A stretch of 64,000 nucleotides of DNA from Tubulanus polymorphus (lineage: Eukaryota > Animalia > Nemertea), in NCBI RefSeq assembly GCF_964204645.1, contig NC_134025.1, positions 31,999,561-32,063,560 of the forward strand, read 5' to 3'. The notes beneath the pieces were generated by a model. That model ran no database searches, had not been told where the DNA came from, and saw nothing but the letters and a program-made list of their open reading frames with translations. A program made the translations under genes and the position numbers. This document shows, in pieces, positions 41,731-53,300 of this stretch. The stretch's first letter is position 1, and every line of letters starts with the position of its first letter.

Positions 41731-44700
41731 GAATTTTCTGGTTATTTATGCTCCTGAAGATGATGGACTCGATCTGAAATGATAGGTTAAGGTAAACTGA
41801 ACTGATTTCGAGTAGATGGACTGAAAGATACAAATTTTTCTTGCGAAATAGGGTCCTAAAGATGATGAATTCTATCTTAATTGATGGGTTAGGGTGTACT
41901 GAACTGATTTCAAATAGATAGGTTGAAAGAATCAGAATTTTCCGGCTGCTTTTGGTTCTGAAGATGATGGATTCAATCTGAAAAGATGTGTTAAGGCGTA
42001 TTGAACTGATTTCAAATAGATAGGTGGAAAGATTAAGAATTTTCTGGCTATTTATGCTCCTGAAGATGATGGACTCGATCTGAAATGATAGGTTAAGGTA
42101 GACTGAACTGATTCTGAATAGATGGACTGAAAGATACAGATTTTTCTTGCAAAATAGGGTCCTAAAGATGATGAGTTCTATCTTAATTGATGGGTTAGGG
42201 TGTACTGAATTGATTTCAAATAGATAGGTGGAAAGATTAAGAATTTTCTGGCTATTTATGCTCCTGAAGATGATGGACTCGATCTGAAATGATAGGTTAA
42301 GGAAAACTGAACTGATTTCGAGTAGATGGACTGAAAGATACAGATTTTTCTTGCAAAATAGGGTCCTAAAGATGATGAATTCTATCTTAATTGATGGGTT
42401 AGGGTGTACTGAACTGATTTCAAATAGATAGGTTGAAAGAATCAGAATTTTCTGGCTGCTTTTGGTTCTGAAGATGATGGATTCAATCTGAAAAGATGTG
42501 TTAAGGCGTATTGAACTGATTTCAAATAGATAGGTGGAAAGATTAAGAATTTTCTGGCTATTTATGCTCCTGAAGATGATGGACTCATCTGAAATGATAG
42601 GTTAAGGTAAACTGAACTGATTTCGAGTAGATGGACTGAAATATACAGATTTTTCTTGCAAAATAGGGTCCTAAAGATGATGAGTTCTATCTTAATTGAT
42701 GGGTTAGGGTGTACTGAACTGATTTCAAATAGATAGGTGGAAAGATTAAGAATTTTCTGGCTATTTATGCTCCTGAAGATGATGGACTCGATCTGAAATG
42801 ATAGGTTAAGGTAAACTGACCTGATTTCGAGTAGATGGACTGAAAGATACAGATTTTTCTTGCAAAATAGGGTCCTAAAGATGATGAATTATATCTTAAT
42901 TGATGGGTTAGGGTGAACTGAACTGATTTCAAATAGATAGGTGGAAAGAATCAGAATTTTCTGGCTGCCTTTGGTTCTGAAGATGATGGACTCAATCTGA
43001 AAAGATGGGCTAAGGCGTATTGAACTGATTTCAAATAGATAGGTGGAAAGATTCAGAATTTTCTGACTATTTATGCTCCTGAAGATGCTGGACTCGATCT
43101 GAAATGATAGGTTAAGGTAAACTGAACTGATTTCGAGTAGATGGACTGAAAGATACAGATTTTTCTTGCAAAATAGGGTCCTAAAGATGATGAATTCTAT
43201 CTTAATTGATGGGTTAGGGTGAACTGAACTGATTTCAAATAGATAGGTGGAAAGAATCAGAATTTTCTGGCTGCCTTTGGTTCTGAAGATGATGGACTCA
43301 ATCTGAAAAGATGGGCTAAGGCGAATTGAACTGATTTCAAATAGATAGGTGGAAAGATTAAGAATTTTCTGGCTATTTATGCTCCTGAAGATGATGGACT
43401 CGATCTGAAATGATAGGTTAAGGTAAACTGAACTGATTTCGAGCAGATGGACTGAAAGATACAGATTTTTTTTGCAAAATAGGGTCCTAAAGATGATGAA
43501 TTCTATCTTAATTGATGGGTTAGGGTGAACTGAACTGATTTCAAATAGATAGGTGGAAGGAATCAGAATTTTCTGGCTGCCTTTGGTTCTGAAGATGATG
43601 GACTCAATCTGAAAAGATGGGCTAAGGCGTATTGAACTGATTTCAAATAGATAGGTGGAAAGATTAAGAATTTTCTGGCTATTTATGCTCCTGAAGATGA
43701 TGGACTCGATCTGAAATGATAGGTTAAGGTAGACTGAACTGATTCTGAATAGATGGACTGAAAGATACAGATTTTTCTTGCAAAATAGGGTCCTAAAGAT
43801 GATGAGTTCTATCTTAATTGATGGGTTAGGGTGTACTGAACTGATTTCAAATAGATAGGTGGAAAGATTAAGAATTTTCTGGCTATTTATGCTCCTGAAG
43901 ATGATGGACTCGATCTGAAATGATAGGTTATGGAAAACTGAACTGATTTCGAGTAGATGGACTGAAAGATACAGATTTTTCTTGCAAAATAGGGTCCTAA
44001 AGATGATGAATTCTATCTTAATTGATGGGTTAGGGTGTACTGAACTGATTTCAAATAGATAGGTTGAAAGAATCAGAATTTTCTGGCTGCTTTTGGTTCT
44101 GAAGATGATGGATTCAATCTGAAAAGATGTGTTAAGGCGTATTGAACTGATTTCAAATAGATAGGTGGAAAGATTAAGAATTTTCTGGCTATGTATGCTC
44201 CTGAAGAAGATGGACTCATCTGAAATGATAGGTTAAGGTAAACTGAACTGATTTCGAGTAGATGGACTGAAAGATACAGATTTTTCTTGCAAAATAGGGT
44301 CCTAAAGATGATGAGTTCTATCTTAATTGATGGGTTAGGGTGTACTGAACTGATTTCAAATAGATAGGTGGAAAGATTAAGAATTTTCTGGCTATTTATG
44401 CTCCTGAAGATGATGGACTCGATCTGAAATGATAGGTTAAGGTAAACTGAACTGATTTCGAGCAGATGGACTGAAAGATACAGATTTTTCTTGCAAAATA
44501 GGGTCCTAAAGATGATGAATTCTATCTTAATTGATGGGTTAGGGTGTACTGAACTGATTTCAAATAGATAGGTTGAAAGAATCAGAATTTTCTGGCTGCC
44601 TTTGGTTCTCAAGATGATGGACTCAATCTGAAAAGATGGGCTAAGGCGTATTGAACTGATTTCAAATAGATAGGTGGAAAGATTAAGAATTTTCTGGCTA

Positions 44701-45474
44701 TTTATGCTCCTGAAGATGATGGACTCGATCTGAAATGATAGGTTAAGGTAAACTGAACTGATTTCGAGTAGATGGACTGAAAGATACAGATTTTTCTTGC
44801 AAAATAGGGTCCTAAAGATGATGAATTCTATCTTAATTGATGGGTTAGGGTGAACTGAACTGATTTCAAATAGATAGGTGGATAGAATCAGAATTTTCTG
44901 GCTGCCTTTGGTTCTGAAGATGATGGACTCAATCTGAAAAGATGGGCTAAGGCGAATTGAACTGATTTCAAATAGATAGGTGGAAAGATTAAGAATTTTC
45001 TGGCTATTTATGCTCCTGAAGATGATGGACTCGATCTGAAATGATAGGTTAAGGTAAACTGAACTGATTTCGAGTAGATGGACTGAAAGATACAGATTTT
45101 TCTTGCAAAATAGGGTCTTAAAGATGATGAATTTTATCTTAATTGATGGGTTAGGGTGTACTGAACTGATTTCAAATAGATAGGTTGAAAGAATCAGAAT
45201 TTTCTGGCTGCTTTTGGTTCTGAAGATGATGGATTCAATCTGAAAAGATGTGTTAAGGCGTATTGAACTGATTTCAAATAGATAGGTGGAAAGATTAAGA
45301 ATTTTCTGGCTATTTATGCTCCTGAAGATGATGGACTCGTTCTGAAATGATAGGTTAGGTAGACTGAACTGATTTCGAGTAGATGGACTGAAAGATACAG
45401 ATTTTTCTTGCAAAATAGGGTCCTAAAGATGATGAATTCTATCTTAATTGATGGGTAAGGGTGAACTGAACTGA
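41720..45474 (+). repeat. Satellite block 3, direct copy of 28300-32054 (offset 13420)
   Basis: Rare variants ctggttattt, ttgcgaaat, ttccggctg, actgacctg, gaattatatc, gatgctgga and ggtaagggt recur in order; ORFs 30653/44073. Confidence 0.95.
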
Positions 45475-45481
45475 ACCTAAC
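45475..45481. other. Inversion junction J3 (+ to -) with 7-nt insertion acctaac
   Basis: gtgaactgaactga|acctaac|ccacctatctatttg; sequence from 45482 mirrors 43250 backwards (sum 88732). Confidence 0.93.
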
Positions 45482-47013
45482 CCACCTATCTATTTGAAAT
45501 CAGTTCAGTTCACCCTAACCCATCAATTAAGATAGAATTCATCATCTTTAGGACCCTATTTTGCAAGAAAAATCTGTATCTTTCAGTCCATCTACTCGAA
45601 ATCAGTTCAGTTTACCTTAACCTATCATTTCAGATCGAGTCCAGCATCTTCAGGAGCATAAATAGTCAGAAAATTCTGAATCTTTCCACCTATCTATTTG
45701 AAATCAGTTCAATACGCCTTAGCCCATCTTTTCAGATTGAGTCCATCATCTTCAGAACCAAAGGCAGCCAGAAAATTCTGATTCTTTCCACCTATCTATT
45801 TGAAATCAGTTCAGTTCACCCTAACCCATCAATTAAGATATAATTCATCATCTTTAGGACCCTATTTTGCAAGAAAAATCTGTATCTTTCAGTCCATCTA
45901 CTCGAAATCAGGTCAGTTTACCTTAACCTATCATTTCAGATCGAGTCCATCATCTTCAGGAGCATAAATAGCCAGAAAATTCTTAATCTTTCCACCTATC
46001 TATTTGAAATCAGTTCAGTACACCCTAACCCATCAATTAAGATAGAACTCATCATCTTTAGGACCCTATTTTGCAAGAAAAATCTGTATATTTCAGTCCA
46101 TCTACTCGAAATCAGTTCAGTTTACCTTAACCTATCATTTCAGATGAGTCCATCATCTTCAGGAGCATAAATAGCCAGAAAATTCTTAATCTTTCCACCT
46201 ATCTATTTGAAATCAGTTCAATACGCCTTAACACATCTTTTCAGATTGAATCCATCATCTTCAGAACCAAAAGCAGCCAGAAAATTCTGATTCTTTCAAC
46301 CTATCTATTTGAAATCAGTTCAGTACACCCTAACCCATCAATTAAGATAGAATTCATCATCTTTAGGACCCTATTTTGCAAGAAAAATCTGTATCTTTCA
46401 GTCCATCTACTCGAAATCAGTTCAGTTTTCCTTAACCTATCATTTCAGATCGAGTCCATCATCTTCAGGAGCATAAATAGCCAGAAAATTCTTAATCTTT
46501 CCACCTATCTATTTGAAATCAATTCAGTACACCCTAACCCATCAATTAAGATAGAACTCATCATCTTTAGGACCCTATTTTGCAAGAAAAATCTGTATCT
46601 TTCAGTCCATCTATTCAGAATCAGTTCAGTCTACCTTAACCTATCATTTCAGATCGAGTCCATCATCTTCAGGAGCATAAATAGCCAGAAAATTCTTAAT
46701 CTTTCCACCTATCTATTTGAAATCAGTTCAATACGCCTTAACACATCTTTTCAGATTGAATCCATCATCTTCAGAACCAAAAGCAGCCGGAAAATTCTGA
46801 TTCTTTCAACCTATCTATTTGAAATCAGTTCAGTACACCCTAACCCATCAATTAAGATAGAATTCATCATCTTTAGGACCCTATTTCGCAAGAAAAATTT
46901 GTATCTTTCAGTCCATCTACTCGAAATCAGTTCAGTTTACCTTAACCTATCATTTCAGATCGAGTCCATCATCTTCAGGAGCATAAATAACCAGAAAATT
47001 CTTAATCTTTCCA
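45482..47013 (-). repeat. Satellite block 4, inverted (1532 bp), ending in a reverse-complement copy of J2 at 47013
   Basis: cttaatctttccA tttcaaatagatagg at 47001-47028 is the exact reverse complement of J2. Confidence 0.95.
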
Positions 47014-48848
47014 TTTCAAATAGATAGGTGGAAAGAATCAGAATTTTCTGGCTGCCTTTGGTTCTGAAGATGATGGACTCAATCTGAAAAGATGGGCTAA
47101 GGCGTATTGAACTGATTTCAAATAGATAGGTGGAAAGATTCAGAATTTTCTGACTATTTATGCTCCTGAAGATGCTGGACTCGATCTGAAATGATAGGTT
47201 AAGGTAAACTGAACTGATTTCGAGTAGATGGACTGAAAGATACAGATTTTTCTTGCAAAATAGGGTCCTAAAGATGATGAATTCTATCTTAATTGATGGG
47301 TTAGGGTGAACTGAACTGATTTCAAATAGATAGGTGGAAAGAATCAGAATTTTCTGGCTGCCTTTGGTTCTGAAGATGATGGACTCAATCTGAAAAGATG
47401 GGCTAAGGCGAATTGAACTGATTTCAAATAGATAGGTGGAAAGATTAAGAATTTTCTGGCTATTTATGCTCCTGAAGATGATGGACTCGATCTGAAATGA
47501 TAGGTTAAGGTAAACTGAACTGATTTCGAGCAGATGGACTGAAAGATACAGATTTTTTTTGCAAAATAGGGTCCTAAAGATGATGAATTCTATCTTAATT
47601 GATGGGTTAGGGTGAACTGAACTGATTTCAAATAGATAGGTGGAAGGAATCAGAATTTTCTGGCTGCCTTTGGTTCTGAAGATGATGGACTCAATCTGAA
47701 AAGATGGGCTAAGGCGTATTGAACTGATTTCAAATAGATAGGTGGAAAGATTAAGAATTTTCTGGCTATTTATGCTCCTGAAGATGATGGACTCGATCTG
47801 AAATGATAGGTTAAGGTAAACTGAACTGATTTCGAGCAGATGGACTGAAAGATACAGATTTTTCTTGCAAAATAGGGTCCTAAAGATGATGAATTCTATC
47901 TTAATTGATGGGTTAGGGTGTACTGAACTGATTTCAAATAGATAGGTTGAAAGAATCAGAATTTTCTGGCTGCCTTTGGTTCTCAAGATGATGGACTCAA
48001 TCTGAAAAGATGGGCTAAGGCGTATTGAACTGATTTCAAATAGATAGGTGGAAAGATTAAGAATTTTCTGGCTATTTATGCTCCTGAAGATGATGGACTC
48101 GATCTGAAATGATAGGTTAAGGTAAACTGAACTGATTTCGAGTAGATGGACTGAAAGATACAGATTTTTCTTGCAAAATAGGGTCCTAAAGATGATGAAT
48201 TCTATCTTAATTGATGGGTTAGGGTGAACTGAACTGATTTCAAATAGATAGGTGGATAGAATCAGAATTTTCTGGCTGCCTTTGGTTCTGAAGATGATGG
48301 ACTCAATCTGAAAAGATGGGCTAAGGCGAATTGAACTGATTTCAAATAGATAGGTGGAAAGATTAAGAATTTTCTGGCTATTTATGCTCCTGAAGATGAT
48401 GGACTCGATCTGAAATGATAGGTTAAGGTAAACTGAACTGATTTCGAGTAGATGGACTGAAAGATACAGATTTTTCTTGCAAAATAGGGTCTTAAAGATG
48501 ATGAATTTTATCTTAATTGATGGGTTAGGGTGTACTGAACTGATTTCAAATAGATAGGTTGAAAGAATCAGAATTTTCTGGCTGCTTTTGGTTCTGAAGA
48601 TGATGGATTCAATCTGAAAAGATGTGTTAAGGCGTATTGAACTGATTTCAAATAGATAGGTGGAAAGATTAAGAATTTTCTGGCTATTTATGCTCCTGAA
48701 GATGATGGACTCGTTCTGAAATGATAGGTTAGGTAGACTGAACTGATTTCGAGTAGATGGACTGAAAGATACAGATTTTTCTTGCAAAATAGGGTCCTAA
48801 AGATGATGAATTCTATCTTAATTGATGGGTAAGGGTGAACTGAACTGA
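47014..48848 (+). repeat. Satellite block 5, + orientation
   Basis: Forward monomers between the J2 copy (47013) and the J3 copy (48849-48855). Confidence 0.95.
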
Positions 48849-48855
48849 ACCTAAC

Positions 48856-50387
48856 CCACCTATCTATTTGAAATCAGTTCAGTTCACCCTAACCCATCAA
48901 TTAAGATAGAATTCATCATCTTTAGGACCCTATTTTGCAAGAAAAATCTGTATCTTTCAGTCCATCTACTCGAAATCAGTTCAGTTTACCTTAACCTATC
49001 ATTTCAGATCGAGTCCAGCATCTTCAGGAGCATAAATAGTCAGAAAATTCTGAATCTTTCCACCTATCTATTTGAAATCAGTTCAATACGCCTTAGCCCA
49101 TCTTTTCAGATTGAGTCCATCATCTTCAGAACCAAAGGCAGCCAGAAAATTCTGATTCTTTCCACCTATCTATTTGAAATCAGTTCAGTTCACCCTAACC
49201 CATCAATTAAGATATAATTCATCATCTTTAGGACCCTATTTTGCAAGAAAAATCTGTATCTTTCAGTCCATCTACTCGAAATCAGGTCAGTTTACCTTAA
49301 CCTATCATTTCAGATCGAGTCCATCATCTTCAGGAGCATAAATAGCCAGAAAATTCTTAATCTTTCCACCTATCTATTTGAAATCAGTTCAGTACACCCT
49401 AACCCATCAATTAAGATAGAACTCATCATCTTTAGGACCCTATTTTGCAAGAAAAATCTGTATATTTCAGTCCATCTACTCGAAATCAGTTCAGTTTACC
49501 TTAACCTATCATTTCAGATGAGTCCATCATCTTCAGGAGCATAAATAGCCAGAAAATTCTTAATCTTTCCACCTATCTATTTGAAATCAGTTCAATACGC
49601 CTTAACACATCTTTTCAGATTGAATCCATCATCTTCAGAACCAAAAGCAGCCAGAAAATTCTGATTCTTTCAACCTATCTATTTGAAATCAGTTCAGTAC
49701 ACCCTAACCCATCAATTAAGATAGAATTCATCATCTTTAGGACCCTATTTTGCAAGAAAAATCTGTATCTTTCAGTCCATCTACTCGAAATCAGTTCAGT
49801 TTTCCTTAACCTATCATTTCAGATCGAGTCCATCATCTTCAGGAGCATAAATAGCCAGAAAATTCTTAATCTTTCCACCTATCTATTTGAAATCAATTCA
49901 GTACACCCTAACCCATCAATTAAGATAGAACTCATCATCTTTAGGACCCTATTTTGCAAGAAAAATCTGTATCTTTCAGTCCATCTATTCAGAATCAGTT
50001 CAGTCTACCTTAACCTATCATTTCAGATCGAGTCCATCATCTTCAGGAGCATAAATAGCCAGAAAATTCTTAATCTTTCCACCTATCTATTTGAAATCAG
50101 TTCAATACGCCTTAACACATCTTTTCAGATTGAATCCATCATCTTCAGAACCAAAAGCAGCCGGAAAATTCTGATTCTTTCAACCTATCTATTTGAAATC
50201 AGTTCAGTACACCCTAACCCATCAATTAAGATAGAATTCATCATCTTTAGGACCCTATTTCGCAAGAAAAATTTGTATCTTTCAGTCCATCTACTCGAAA
50301 TCAGTTCAGTTTACCTTAACCTATCATTTCAGATCGAGTCCATCATCTTCAGGAGCATAAATAACCAGAAAATTCTTAATCTTTCCA
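48856..50387 (-). repeat. Satellite block 6, inverted (1532 bp), copy of block 4
   Basis: Same junctions and same rare variants as 45482-47013. Confidence 0.95.
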
Positions 50388-53300
50388 TTTCAAATAGATA
50401 GGTGGAAAGAATCAGAATTTTCTGGCTGCCTTTGGTTCTGAAGATGATGGACTCAATCTGAAAAGATGGGCTAAGGCGTATTGAACTGATTTCAAATAGA
50501 TAGGTGGAAAGATTCAGAATTTTCTGACTATTTATGCTCCTGAAGATGCTGGACTCGATCTGAAATGATAGGTTAAGGTAAACTGAACTGATTTCGAGTA
50601 GATGGACTGAAAGATACAGATTTTTCTTGCAAAATAGGGTCCTAAAGATGATGAATTCTATCTTAATTGATGGGTTAGGGTGAACTGAACTGATTTCAAA
50701 TAGATAGGTGGAAAGAATCAGAATTTTCTGGCTGCCTTTGGTTCTGAAGATGATGGACTCAATCTGAAAAGATGGGCTAAGGCGAATTGAACTGATTTCA
50801 AATAGATAGGTGGAAAGATTAAGAATTTTCTGGCTATTTATGCTCCTGAAGATGATGGACTCGATCTGAAATGATAGGTTAAGGTAAACTGAACTGATTT
50901 CGAGCAGATGGACTGAAAGATACAGATTTTTTTTGCAAAATAGGGTCCTAAAGATGATGAATTCTATCTTAATTGATGGGTTAGGGTGAACTGAACTGAT
51001 TTCAAATAGATAGGTGGAAGGAATCAGAATTTTCTGGCTGCCTTTGGTTCTGAAGATGATGGACTCAATCTGAAAAGATGGGCTAAGGCGTATTGAACTG
51101 ATTTCAAATAGATAGGTGGAAAGATTAAGAATTTTCTGGCTATTTATGCTCCTGAAGATGATGGACTCGATCTGAAATGATAGGTTAAGGTAGACTGAAC
51201 TGATTCTGAATAGATGGACTGAAAGATACAGATTTTTCTTGCAAAATAGGGTCCTAAAGATGATGAGTTCTATCTTAATTGATGGGTTAGGGTGTACTGA
51301 ACTGATTTCAAATAGATAGGTGGAAAGATTAAGAATTTTCTGGCTATTTATGCTCCTGAAGATGATGGACTCGATCTGAAATGATAGGTTATGGAAAACT
51401 GAACTGATTTCGAGTAGATGGACTGAAAGATACAGATTTTTCTTGCAAAATAGGGTCCTAAAGATGATGAATTCTATCTTAATTGATGGGTTAGGGTGTA
51501 CTGAACTGATTTCAAATAGATAGGTTGAAAGAATCAGAATTTTCTGGCTGCTTTTGGTTCTGAAGATGATGGATTCAATCTGAAAAGATGTGTTAAGGCG
51601 TATTGAACTGATTTCAAATAGATAGGTGGAAAGATTAAGAATTTTCTGGCTATGTATGCTCCTGAAGAAGATGGACTCATCTGAAATGATAGGTTAAGGT
51701 AAACTGAACTGATTTCGAGTAGATGGACTGAAAGATACAGATTTTTCTTGCAAAATAGGGTCCTAAAGATGATGAGTTCTATCTTAATTGATGGGTTAGG
51801 GTGTACTGAACTGATTTCAAATAGATAGGTGGAAAGATTAAGAATTTTCTGGCTATTTATGCTCCTGAAGATGATGGACTCGTTCTGAAATGATAGGTTA
51901 GGTAGACTGAACTGATTTCGAGTAGATGGACTGAAAGATACAGATTTTTCTTGCAAAATAGGGTCCTAAAGATGATGAATTCTATCTTAATTGATGGGTA
52001 AGGGTGAACTGAACTGATTTCAAATAGATAGGTGGAAAGAATCAGAATTTTCTGGCTGCCTTTGGTTCTGAAGATGATGGACTCAATCTGAAAAGATGGG
52101 CTAAGGCGTATTGAACTGATTTCAAATAGATAGGTGGAAAGATTAAGAATTTTCTGGCTATTTATGCTCCTGAAGATGATGGACTCGATCTGAAATGATA
52201 GGTTAAGGTAAACTGAACTGATTTCGAGTAGATGGACTGAAAGATATAAATTTTTCTTGCAAAATAGGGTCCTAAAGATGATGAGTTCTATCTTAATTGA
52301 TGGGTTAGGGTGTACTGAACTGATTTCAAATAGATAGGTTGAAAGAATTAGAATTTTCTGGCTGGTTTTGGTTCTGAAGATGATGGATTCAATCTGATAA
52401 GATGTGTTAAGGCGTATTGAACTGATTTCAAATAGATAGGTGGAAAGATTAAGAATTTTCTGGCTATGTATGCTCCTGAAGAAGATGGACTCATCTGAAA
52501 TGATAGGTTAAGGTAAACTGAACTGATTTCGAGTAGATGGACTGAAAGATACAGATTTTTCTTGCAAAATAGGGTCCTAAAGATGATGAATTCTATCTTA
52601 ATTGATGGGTTAGGGTGAACTGAACTGATTTCAAATAGATAGGTGGATAGAATCAGAATTTTCTGGCTGCCTTTGGTTCTGAAGATGATGGACTCAATCT
52701 GAAAAGATGGGCTAAGGCGAATTGAACTGATTTCAAATAGATAGGTGGAAAGATTAAGAATTTTCTGGCTATTTATGCTCCTGAAGATGATGGACTAAGT
52801 CTGAAATGATAGGTTAAGGTAAACTGAACTGATTTCGAGCAGATGGACTGAAAGATACAGATTTTTCTTGCAAAATAGGGTCCTAAAGATGATGAATTCT
52901 ATCTTAATTGATGGGTTAGGGTGAACTGAACTGATTTCAAATAGATAGGTGGAAAGAATCAGAATTTTCTGGCTGCCTTTGGTTCTGAAGATGATGGACT
53001 CAATCTGAAAAGATGGGCTAAGGCGAATTGAACTGATTTCAAATAGATAGGTGGAAAGATTAAGAATTTTCTGGCTATTTATGCTCCTGAAGATGATGGA
53101 CTCGATCTGAAATGATAGGTTAAGGTAAACTGAACTGATTTCGAGTAGATGGACAGAAAGATACAGATTTTTCTTGCAAAATAGGGTCCTAAAGATGATG
53201 AGTTCTATCTTAATTGATGGGTTAGGGTGTACTGAACTGATTTCAAATAGATAGGTGGAAAGATTAAGAATTTTCTGGCTATTTATGCTCCTGAAGATGA

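Larger units (their letters stand above)
44390..51190. repeat. Tandem duplication with 3374-bp period containing two inversion junctions per unit
   Basis: J3 at 45475 recurs at 48849; the J2 copy at 47013 recurs at 50387; ORF starts 45413/48787 are also offset by 3374. Outer boundaries are approximate. Confidence 0.93.

Noticed and set aside
46955-47013. Novel C-terminus (MERLRIFWLFMLLKMMDSI) on the 610-aa ORF
   Set aside because: It is simply read-through across the inversion junction at 47013 into opposite-strand satellite.
45482-50387. Invertible element or transposon with terminal inverted repeats (1532-bp blocks)
   Set aside because: The content is pure satellite, with no recombinase sites, target-site duplications or coding capacity; the ends are explained by fold-back junctions.
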